A stretch of 64,000 nt of DNA from a virus: positions 17,458 through 81,457 of IMG/VR virus record IMGVR_UViG_3300018481_000020. The stretch is one strand, 5' to 3'. The translations under genes were made by a program, and so were the position numbers. Under the pieces are notes generated by a model, which saw only the letters and a list, made by a program, of their open reading frames with translations, did no database searches and had not been told where the DNA came from. Below are positions 1-7,405 of the stretch, in pieces (the stretch's first letter is position 1; each line of letters starts with the position of its first letter).

Positions 1-53
1 CTGTACCAGGGCCCTGACTCCTACCTGAGCGAGCACTACGGACCGAGGACGCG

Positions 54-209
54 ATGAGTCCCGGAGAGCACCGAAAGCAGGCTGAGCTGATCCTCAAGGA
101 GGTAGCCCAGGACCTGCCGGTGGCGCAGACCCAGCAGGCCCTGCAGGTGATGGGGATCCAGGTGCAGATGGCCCAGGCCCATGCCCTGCTCGCGGGGGAG
201 GTGACCTGA
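54..209 (+). CDS. hypothetical protein (51 aa)
   Basis: Read manually: MSPGEHRKQAELIL...LLAGEVT; its TGA overlaps the next ATG (TGATG). Confidence 0.6.
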   Translation: MSPGEHRKQAELILKEVAQDLPVAQTQQALQVMGIQVQMAQAHALLAGEVT

Positions 210-403
210 TGGACTTCCAGCAAGGTATGCGGATGGCCAAGCAGATGAAGAAGAAGGACGCCTACATCAGGACGGCCATCGACAAGACCGTAGCCGAGAA
301 CCATGGCGTGGTCGCGCTGAAGTTTCGCGACAGGGGTCGGCACATGGAGATCGAGATCCTCGATGAGCCCTTCGACACCGAAGTCCGGGTGTATCCGGGA
401 TGA
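209..403 (+). CDS. hypothetical protein
   Basis: Translationally coupled on both sides; GGAGG RBS upstream. Confidence 0.65.
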   Translation: MDFQQGMRMAKQMKKKDAYIRTAIDKTVAENHGVVALKFRDRGRHMEIEILDEPFDTEVRVYPG

Positions 404-1155
404 GATTCTCAGAGACCCTGAAGATGAATGACCCCGGGCTGGTGGTCAGCAGGAGACACGACGCCTGGGTGACCAAGGATGATCATCCGATCTTCAGTGA
501 GGAAGCCCTCAAGTTCGCGCAGAGAGAGCTGACCAAGGGCGATCGAGTGCGCAAGGGCACAGTGAGTGCCTCCTCCCTGGGTGAGTGCAAACGCGAGCAG
601 CAGTTCACCTTCGCGGGGATGGAAAAGCTCCCGATGGACGCGAAGAACGCGATGAAGGTGTCCAACGGCTCGTTCATGCACCTGAGGTGGCAGATGGCCG
701 GCATCACCGAGGGCTGGCTGCCACATGCGGAGGTATCGGTAGGAACCAACCCATACCAACTCTCCGGGACCATGGATGGAGTGCTCTACGAGGAGTCAGT
801 GCTGGAGCTGAAGTCGACCAACATGAATGGCTTCAGCCGGGTGCAGACCTTCGGGCCGATGATCCCGCACCTGTACCAGATGGCCACCTACATGCTGTGC
901 ACGGGGCGGGAGAAGGGTGTCTTCATCTATGAGTGCAAGGACAACCAGGAGTACAAGGAGATCCCGATCAAGCGCGATGAGTTGCCGATCGAGGATGCCA
1001 TGGGGTCAGCCAACCAGATCTGGGAGGCCATCGAGACCAAGCGGCTGTACGAACCACTGAACGACTGCCTGGACAAGAAGGGCTGGAGGTACAACTCCTG
1101 CCCGTTCCGGGATAGGTGCCTGGGGATCCATGAGTGGAGTGAGATCGATGGATGA
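400..1155 (+). CDS. Cas4-like / PD-(D/E)XK exonuclease
   Basis: SASSLGEC, GTMDG...ELKS, QxxxY motif and C-terminal C-x8-CxxxxxC Fe-S cysteines. Confidence 0.85.
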   Translation: MRFSETLKMNDPGLVVSRRHDAWVTKDDHPIFSEEALKFAQRELTKGDRVRKGTVSASSLGECKREQQFTFAGMEKLPMDAKNAMKVSNGSFMHLRWQMAGITEGWLPHAEVSVGTNPYQLSGTMDGVLYEESVLELKSTNMNGFSRVQTFGPMIPHLYQMATYMLCTGREKGVFIYECKDNQEYKEIPIKRDELPIEDAMGSANQIWEAIETKRLYEPLNDCLDKKGWRYNSCPFRDRCLGIHEWSEIDG

Positions 1156-1573
1156 CCTCCCAGTGGAGTACATCGCCGGCGTGCTGGATGCAGTGGGTGT
1201 GTTCAAGCTACGCAAGGTTCCGGGGAGTGGAACCAAGCTCGCCCAGATCAGTGTGCACGGGATGCCACCAGAGGTGTTGCGGGTACTGGCCCAAGCCACT
1301 GGAACGAGCGTGGTGAAGACCGAACGCAAGTACCACGGGGTGAGGTGTGCCGAGCACTGCACCGAGTCTCATGTGGACACCACCAGCGTCTCGCACAAGT
1401 GGGTGGTGACCGGAGTGAAGGCCACTGTGCTGCTGAGCACCGTGCTGCCCTATCTGCGGGCCAAGAGCGAGAAGGCGGCACATGTGCTCGAAGAGGGCAT
1501 GGCAGCCCCGTATAAGCCAGAGACGATGCGCAAGATGGAGCGCCTGGGCTGGGATGTGAGTCATGTCGCGTAA
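1148..1573 (+). CDS. LAGLIDADG-like DNA-binding protein / degenerate homing endonuclease
   Basis: N-terminal YIAGVLDAVG; C-terminal W...LL..VLPYL..K pattern typical of single-motif LAGLIDADG proteins. Confidence 0.6.
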   Translation: MDDLPVEYIAGVLDAVGVFKLRKVPGSGTKLAQISVHGMPPEVLRVLAQATGTSVVKTERKYHGVRCAEHCTESHVDTTSVSHKWVVTGVKATVLLSTVLPYLRAKSEKAAHVLEEGMAAPYKPETMRKMERLGWDVSHVA

Positions 1574-1745
1574 AGGAATCTCAGAGGCGAACTCGAAGAT
1601 GACGCCTTGCCCAGTGTGTGGACGGAACGCAGTGATGGCATCAGGCAAGGTCCGCCGGCACCCAGGCAAGCGCCGGTTCGGGGATTCGATTCACGAACCC
1701 CTGTGCCCAGGAACCAGTGAGGTGGCGGGTGAAGATCATTCCTGA
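1563..1745 (+). CDS. small Zn-binding hypothetical protein
   Basis: CPVCG...H...CPG; overlaps both neighbours. Confidence 0.5.
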   Translation: MSRKGISEANSKMTPCPVCGRNAVMASGKVRRHPGKRRFGDSIHEPLCPGTSEVAGEDHS

Positions 1746-2145
1746 AGTACGAGCGCCTGAAGTGAAGAGATTCACTCGGAGGCTCACAGATGTAGAGGTT
1801 CTTGAGGGACTACCGAGTGTTGATGATCTCCATGACGAGTTGCTGAGGTATGCAGATGTGATCTTGGGGAGAGCAGATCCTCCGTTAGAGATCGATGGGT
1901 TCTACCTGGACCTGATGGAGGTGGCTGCCGCGTACTACGCGCGGGCCAAGGAGATCGACATGCTGATCCACTGGGAGGAGCAGAACAGACGAGTTATCCG
2001 AGGTAGCGGTTACTACAAGTTTCGTACCGGGCAGCTGAGGTCATTCATCGAGATGGCCAAGATGATGGCTGACCTGGGCTCACGCCGGCTCAGTCAGGAG
2101 AGATTGCTCTCCGAGCAACGGTATGACGCGGGGAATGGCGAATGA
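1729..2145 (+). CDS. hypothetical helical protein
   Basis: ORF with GAGG RBS before GTG; coupled to next gene. Confidence 0.6.
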   Translation: MKIIPEVRAPEVKRFTRRLTDVEVLEGLPSVDDLHDELLRYADVILGRADPPLEIDGFYLDLMEVAAAYYARAKEIDMLIHWEEQNRRVIRGSGYYKFRTGQLRSFIEMAKMMADLGSRRLSQERLLSEQRYDAGNGE

Positions 2146-2519
2146 GGATCGTCCCAGATCCCTCCTGGGAGGAGCACTACGCCAAGCGGCTACGAGCTGC
2201 GGGATGGGTATGCCATCCCCCAGGTCAGAGCTGTGTGGGTGCTGCGCATGCGTTCAATGGCAAACGGAGCACCTCACATGCTGCGAGTGTCTATGTGCTC
2301 CCCAGGACTGGCACACAGCGCTATCAGATCCTGGATGCGCTCAAGCGTGGGCCGGCCACTGATCCAGAGCTGCAGCAGCTGTTGGGGCTCAGTCCTAACT
2401 CAGAACGGCCTCGTCGCCTGGAGCTGGTCGATGGTGGCTTCGTGCGAGACTCAGGACGTGTACGGCGGCATCACGGCATGGAGCACACCGTCTGGGAGAT
2501 CTGTGATGACAGCGACTGA
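2142..2519 (+). CDS. winged-helix DNA-binding protein
   Basis: QILDALKRGPATDPELQQLLGLSPNSERPRRLELVDGGFV resembles a wHTH. Confidence 0.65.
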   Translation: MRIVPDPSWEEHYAKRLRAAGWVCHPPGQSCVGAAHAFNGKRSTSHAASVYVLPRTGTQRYQILDALKRGPATDPELQQLLGLSPNSERPRRLELVDGGFVRDSGRVRRHHGMEHTVWEICDDSD

Positions 2520-2664
2520 GCCAGAGCCCACGAGGCAGCAGATCCTCTCTGCCCTCGATGGAGCTCTGATCAGTCTGGAGGAATGGGCTGGTAGCAACGC
2601 AGACAGGTACAAGTACGTCGCAGAGGAGATAACCACACTGAAGTGGCTGAAGACTCAGTACTAG
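2506..2664 (+). CDS. hypothetical protein (52 aa)
   Basis: MTATEPEPTRQQIL...; GGGAG RBS; 3' part of the listed 2233 ORF. Confidence 0.5.
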   Translation: MTATEPEPTRQQILSALDGALISLEEWAGSNADRYKYVAEEITTLKWLKTQY

Positions 2665-2688
2665 ACATGACACGTCTCAACACACCTA

Positions 2689-2739
2689 CGTCCATACGAC
2701 TGGATGTGTTGCGTCCATACGACTGGGTTGATGTACGTT
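2689..2739 (+). promoter_or_regulatory. tandem 15-bp direct repeat (operator candidate) over a putative promoter
   Basis: CGTCCATACGACTGG at 2689-2703 and 2712-2726; TACGTT -10-like element at 2734-2739, 7 nt before ATG 2747. Confidence 0.6.
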
Positions 2740-2746
2740 GGTGTAT

Positions 2747-2920
2747 ATGGAATCACAGCCCAATACTGCCCAGGTTCAACTGCGTCTGCCCATCGGGATG
2801 CTCACCGAGATCGATGAGGTGAAGGACCCGGAGATGTCCCGCTCGGCATGGATCAGAGGAGCTGTCCGGCTACGGATACGCAAGACTCGTACTGAACAGG
2901 AGAAAGAGGTCGGGACATGA
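2747..2920 (+). CDS. ribbon-helix-helix DNA-binding protein
   Basis: VQLRLP..ML..ID......SRS.WIR.AV, the CopG/RHH pattern. Confidence 0.75.
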   Translation: MESQPNTAQVQLRLPIGMLTEIDEVKDPEMSRSAWIRGAVRLRIRKTRTEQEKEVGT

Positions 2921-3111
2921 GTGTGATGACCAAGGAGCTCAGAGCGGCTGGTAGTGCGCGTCAGAAGGCCATGCAGCGATACAAGGATGCGATCCTGGAG
3001 GCGAAGAGCAAGGGACTGACCAACGTGGAGATCGCCCATGTACTCGGGGTCAGTGAAGGTGCGATCCGGATGTTCGCCAAGAGGCATCATCTGCAGGCTA
3101 ACCAGAACTGA
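2917..3111 (+). CDS. helix-turn-helix protein
   Basis: GLTNVEIAHVLGVSEGAIR HTH motif. Confidence 0.75.
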   Translation: MSVMTKELRAAGSARQKAMQRYKDAILEAKSKGLTNVEIAHVLGVSEGAIRMFAKRHHLQANQN

Positions 3112-3131
3112 CACAGAACACTGAGGATGAC

Positions 3132-3782
3132 ATGGCGCTCACAGTGCCCAAGGCCCTGATCAATGGCCACGTGTACCACAAGCCCACGGGTGTTCCATAC
3201 GCGCACGGGTGCAATCGGGAGTCAATCCGGGATGCAGCGCGTACGGAGAGATGGGACGGCATCGACCTGGACATCAATCCGAACAAGGAGCTGACCCCGT
3301 TCGTGCACCACCAGCTCTACCCCACCAAGAAGGATGCCTGGTACGACCCCAAACACCACATCAACGATAGTCACTCATGTCGGAAGCTGAGCGATGAGCA
3401 GATGAGCCGGCTACGGGTGCGCTACCAAGGTGTGTCGCGTCCGATACTCACTGCCAGGCAAGCAGCGGTCTTCTGTCGGGATGTGAATCATGGACCACTG
3501 ATCCCCTGTTTCGAGGCCAAGGGCAGGCATCCGTGCTATCTGGACCCCCACTGGTGGTATCGAGAGTTCGTGAAGGGCATTCCAGGGAGCTGCCATGTGG
3601 TGATCATGACCCTGCCCGGGACCAGGGACTTTGGCCTACAGAAGCTGGAGGCGGCCCATGAGGCCGGCCTGCCCACGATGTGGCTATGGCGCGGAGAGAC
3701 CGCTGCTACCAAGTCCAAGGCGTTCAGGGATGCAGTGGATCTGGTCAAGTCTCGCCCTGGTCGAGGGATCTACCGGATCTAG
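3132..3782 (+). CDS. glycerophosphodiester phosphodiesterase (GDPD)-like protein
   Basis: DGIDLDI...PFVHH, ILT, FEAK resemble the GDPD motifs D.IE.DV...VV.HD, IPT and ELK; divergent. Confidence 0.5.
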   Translation: MALTVPKALINGHVYHKPTGVPYAHGCNRESIRDAARTERWDGIDLDINPNKELTPFVHHQLYPTKKDAWYDPKHHINDSHSCRKLSDEQMSRLRVRYQGVSRPILTARQAAVFCRDVNHGPLIPCFEAKGRHPCYLDPHWWYREFVKGIPGSCHVVIMTLPGTRDFGLQKLEAAHEAGLPTMWLWRGETAATKSKAFRDAVDLVKSRPGRGIYRI

Positions 3783-3784
3783 CC

Positions 3785-4771
3785 ATGGCCACGCTGCCTT
3801 CGTTCACACACATCCACTGCTCCTCGCGCTATGACCGCACGGTGGCCTCCCTGGAGCGAGATCTGGACAGCTGGATGAAGCAGTGCTCCTTGATCACCCT
3901 GACTGAGGTGGCCACTGATGCTCGGGCCAGGACCATGAGGGAGGTTGGTTGGGGACTGTGGAACTCGCCCAGCCACACCCTGCGTGCCGATGACTGCGCG
4001 ATCCTGTGGGATCTGAAGTACTGGCGCGAGCAGATGCACATGACCCGGAACCTGTATGGCCCGTTCCGCCAGGAGAAGCGAGTGATCAACGGGATCACTG
4101 CGTGTACCAACCTGCTGCGACACCAGAACACCGGGCACAAGCTGCTCACCAGCGTGACCCACATGCCTCTGCACGCGGGGATCAAGACTCCTGGACACAG
4201 GGATGCGCGCTGGGACATGTCTCAACGTGCGCGCGCGAGGAGGGTGGCCTACCAGGTCTCGGTGAGGGCCTGGAACACACACATCGATGCTCAGGTGCGC
4301 AAGCACAAGCCCGATGGGGTGCTGATCGTCTCGGACTGGAACTTCAACCTGAAGCTCACCTGGGTCAGGCGCTACCTGAACAACAGCTTCGGGGCTGGAT
4401 ATCACCAGGCCTGGACTCGATTCCCCACTCATGGAGGAAGCCTGCGTGGAGGCCCGGTAGCGCCCCTGGGAGCGCCTGGGCGGGGTAGAGGCGACCGGAT
4501 CATCGATGGCTCGATGATGGACAGTGGACTGCGAGTGAGCACCCATCCGAACCTGATGGCCAGGACCATCAGCTCCGATCACCGTCCCTACAAGGAGGGG
4601 TTCACCTTCACACGAAGAGCCGGCCACCCTGGCGGTCCGATCCAGGGCGGCGAGGACGCCTCTGGCGACATCTACGAGGGCGACGCCTGGTGGGGCTTCG
4701 GTGACTACATGGATGACGAGCTCTACCCGGTCGATACCGCCATAGAGGAAAAATCGGAAGGCGTACCCTGA
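3785..4771 (+). CDS. endonuclease/exonuclease/phosphatase (EEP) family protein
   Basis: LITLTEV, VTHMP, SDWN, IID and SDHRP catalytic motifs in the expected order. Confidence 0.75.
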   Translation: MATLPSFTHIHCSSRYDRTVASLERDLDSWMKQCSLITLTEVATDARARTMREVGWGLWNSPSHTLRADDCAILWDLKYWREQMHMTRNLYGPFRQEKRVINGITACTNLLRHQNTGHKLLTSVTHMPLHAGIKTPGHRDARWDMSQRARARRVAYQVSVRAWNTHIDAQVRKHKPDGVLIVSDWNFNLKLTWVRRYLNNSFGAGYHQAWTRFPTHGGSLRGGPVAPLGAPGRGRGDRIIDGSMMDSGLRVSTHPNLMARTISSDHRPYKEGFTFTRRAGHPGGPIQGGEDASGDIYEGDAWWGFGDYMDDELYPVDTAIEEKSEGVP

Positions 4772-4774
4772 GTC

Positions 4775-4918
4775 ATGGCCATACTGGGAGTGATACTGCT
4801 CGTCATCGGGATCGTGCTCAGCATCTACTGGCTGACGATCATCGGAGCGATTCTGCTGATCATCGGGCTGGTGCTCTGGTTCGTGCCTGTCGGTGGACAC
4901 AGAAGGCGCTACTACTAG
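4775..4918 (+). CDS. small two-TM membrane protein (actinobacterial DUF6131-like)
   Basis: Read manually: MAILGVILLVIGIVLSIYWLTIIGAILLIIGLVLWFVPVGGHRRRYY. Confidence 0.7.
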   Translation: MAILGVILLVIGIVLSIYWLTIIGAILLIIGLVLWFVPVGGHRRRYY

Positions 4919-5436
4919 TGATCTACATGGGCGTGGACCTCGGTGTGCACAAGCTCTCCTGTGCTGTCCTGGACGCCAGCGCGCCTGAGCATCCAACGAT
5001 CCTGGCGGTGGAGAGCGTGGAGGTGAGCAACGAGACATCTCGGGACCTGCAGCTGTGCGCTCTGGGCAGCTACGTCCATGACATGGCCCTGACCATGGAT
5101 GTGGGCTCGACCTGGATCGAAGAGGTGATCATCGGCAACAACCGCAAGTACTCCCTGCAGCTGGCCGAGGTGAAGGGCGCAGTGCTCTCCGACCTGGCTC
5201 ACCTACGTATGCAGAATGGGACAGATACCCGCACAGTGGACAACAAGGTGTGGAAGCGGGAGATCATCGGAGGGGGAAACGCCTCGAAAGAGGAGATCAA
5301 GAACTACATCATTGCTACTCACCCAAGTTACGCTCCTTTCTGTGGAGAACAGGACGAGTTCGATGCCGTGGCCATCGCCCTCTACGGACTCCGCATCTCC
5401 GCCAGGGCCAGCAAGCTCCACCTACAGCCTGGATGA
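4918..5436 (+). CDS. ruvC: RuvC-like Holliday junction resolvase
   Basis: MGVDLG, IEE, GNASKEEI and DEFDAVAIA motifs. Confidence 0.85.
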   Translation: MIYMGVDLGVHKLSCAVLDASAPEHPTILAVESVEVSNETSRDLQLCALGSYVHDMALTMDVGSTWIEEVIIGNNRKYSLQLAEVKGAVLSDLAHLRMQNGTDTRTVDNKVWKREIIGGGNASKEEIKNYIIATHPSYAPFCGEQDEFDAVAIALYGLRISARASKLHLQPG

Positions 5437-5500
5437 CTGGCTGACCAACACCCACCAGCAGGTGCCCGACGAGGACACTCAACGGTGGGTTTCATACTCT

Positions 5501-5956
5501 ATGGCCGATTTGTACCCCGAATGGCAGCGTAGGCCTGAGGGAGAAGGTCCTCGGTGTACAGATGTGGGCCTGCAGTACTACTTCGGGGAGGACACTGGCT
5601 CCCAGCCAACGATGAGCATCTCCCAGGTCAGGCGAGCATCGAAGCTCTGTGATGCCTGTCCCGTATTCTTCGAGTGCTTGCGACACAGCTTGGAGTTCCG
5701 GGAGGCGTACGGGGTCTGGGCGGGGACTTCGGGACGAGTACGCCGCCGGATCTTCAAGATGATGGACAATGGCCTCACCACGATCGGTGAGGTCATGGAG
5801 GTGTTTGAACGTGGCGAAGGTGACCGATATCGAGTCCCCCCGCAAAGGCAGGGGAGTAGCGCGTTCAAAGAGTTCGCCCCGGAGCCCGTCCCCAGAGCTG
5901 ATGGACAAGGCCAGGGCGGCCTACGAGCTGATGATCGGGGGGAAGTCGCGCTCTGA
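5501..5956 (+). CDS. whiB: WhiB family transcription factor (start uncertain)
   Basis: C...CxxCP...C followed by YGVWAG and a basic helix. Confidence 0.85.
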   Translation: MADLYPEWQRRPEGEGPRCTDVGLQYYFGEDTGSQPTMSISQVRRASKLCDACPVFFECLRHSLEFREAYGVWAGTSGRVRRRIFKMMDNGLTTIGEVMEVFERGEGDRYRVPPQRQGSSAFKEFAPEPVPRADGQGQGGLRADDRGEVAL

Positions 5957-6293
5957 GATCTCCGAGATCCTCGGCTATGAGCACGCTGAGGATGTCTCCC
6001 GGTTGATGACCCAGCGCTTCGCGGCTGATTCCTCGCACCTCTCCGCGCAGGAGACCAAGGACATCCGGGCCCTGGAGACGATGCGCCTGGACGCCCTGCA
6101 GGCTGCTGTGTGGCCCGCAGCCATGATGGGTGACCCCAAGAGCGTGGACTCTGCGGTGAAGATCATCCTGGCCCGGATGCGGGTGAACAACCTGGATCAG
6201 GTCGACCCGGTGGTGAACAAGCAGATGATCCTGGTGATGGGCGACAAGGAAGAGGACTACATCGCTGCCCTGAAGGCTGCGGCGGACGACTAG
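5811..6293 (+). CDS. HTH protein, putative terminase small subunit
   Basis: GGAGG RBS and GTG start; N-terminal HTH (GKSRSEISEILGY) then RLDAL...W...GD..SV helical pattern. Confidence 0.55.
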   Translation: MAKVTDIESPRKGRGVARSKSSPRSPSPELMDKARAAYELMIGGKSRSEISEILGYEHAEDVSRLMTQRFAADSSHLSAQETKDIRALETMRLDALQAAVWPAAMMGDPKSVDSAVKIILARMRVNNLDQVDPVVNKQMILVMGDKEEDYIAALKAAADD

Positions 6294-6315
6294 CGCTGAT
6301 CAGGAAGATGGAGAC
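6288..6315 (+). promoter_or_regulatory. conserved late-promoter-like motif, copy 1
   Basis: GACTAG-N10-GAAGAT-N6-ATG. Confidence 0.6.
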
Positions 6316-6702
6316 ATGGGAGCTGCCTACGTACCGATGGAGATCGACCAGGGCGAGGACTGGACGACCTCGATCGTCTACACCGATGACTACGACGAGC
6401 CCTACAACGTGATCGCGCCCTGTCGGATGGACATCAAGTCCAACGGTGGTGCTACCCAGCTCAGCCTGAACACTCCTGAGGTCACGCTCCCCGAAGGAGA
6501 GATCCCCGAGCTGGGCATCTCATCGGAGATCGGTTTGATCCAGATCCACATCGAGGACTCGATCACCGCAGCCCTGATCCCCGGGGTCTACAAGTACGAC
6601 CTGTTCGTCACCGTCAACGATGGCAACGAGTACGCCGGCAACCAGGTGCAGCGGCTGGTCTACGGTGAGGTCGTCGTGAACCAGAGAGTGACCCAGCTAT
6701 GA
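6316..6702 (+). CDS. virion structural / fibre adaptor protein
   Basis: IDQGEDW...G.IQIHI...GVYKYDLFV...LVYG.V.V; similar to 19928..20296. Confidence 0.6.
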   Translation: MGAAYVPMEIDQGEDWTTSIVYTDDYDEPYNVIAPCRMDIKSNGGATQLSLNTPEVTLPEGEIPELGISSEIGLIQIHIEDSITAALIPGVYKYDLFVTVNDGNEYAGNQVQRLVYGEVVVNQRVTQL

Positions 6703-6715
6703 GAAGGATGACCTG

Positions 6716-7396
6716 ATGGCCAACGTAGTCAGGCTGGTGAACGGTGGCACCATTCAGGTGCGCACAGGCGTGATCCAGGGGATCGGCCCACAGGGCCCGC
6801 GCGGGGTAGCTGGGCCACAGGGCATCGACGGAGCTCAGGGTCCAGTAGGTGAGGTCGGCCCGATGGGCCAGATCAACCAGCTCCAGGGCAAGACCACGGT
6901 GGCCACCAACAACCCGCTGGCTGCGAACACCAACACGGTGATCGCCTTCGGCTCGGTGGGCTACGACGACATGTCTGCGTTCACCTCCACCACCAACACC
7001 ACATTCACTGCGGCCGGGGACTACCTGTTGAGCGCCTATCTGCGGTTCAACGATGCTGCAGCTGGGCTGCGCGAGGTCTGGTTCGCGGTAGGTGCGACGA
7101 CCTTGATCAGGACCACTCGACAGAGTGTTGCCGGCTTCCCGTTCTACGTGGACCTGGCGGTGGCCTACCGAGCTGCAGGCGGTGAGGTGGCCAACGTGAT
7201 CGCGCGTAGCGCTGCAGCGACGGGGATCTCTGAGGGCTCGCTCACCGTGACCAGGGTGGGCTCTGGTCCGATCGGTCCAGTGGGTGTGGAGGGGCCAGTC
7301 GGCCCAGTGGGAGCCACTGGTGCCCAGGGTCCGCCTGGACCTGCTGGATCGGCGAACTCGGGTTTCGGTACTTACGCAGAGATCCTTCCGCACTAA
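6716..7396 (+). CDS. collagen-like minor tail/fibre protein
   Basis: Two Gly-X-Y runs flanking a beta-rich C1q-like domain. Confidence 0.7.
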   Translation: MANVVRLVNGGTIQVRTGVIQGIGPQGPRGVAGPQGIDGAQGPVGEVGPMGQINQLQGKTTVATNNPLAANTNTVIAFGSVGYDDMSAFTSTTNTTFTAAGDYLLSAYLRFNDAAAGLREVWFAVGATTLIRTTRQSVAGFPFYVDLAVAYRAAGGEVANVIARSAAATGISEGSLTVTRVGSGPIGPVGVEGPVGPVGATGAQGPPGPAGSANSGFGTYAEILPH

Positions 7397-7405
7397 CATC
7401 TGTCT

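Noticed and set aside
400-1155. Cas4-like gene as evidence for CRISPR-Cas
   Set aside because: No repeat-spacer array or other cas genes are present, and solo Cas4-like nucleases are common in phages.
3100-3131. Possible eighth copy of the late-promoter motif
   Set aside because: GAGGAT is only 3 nt from the ATG and the upstream GA[CG]T[AG]G element is missing at the required spacing.
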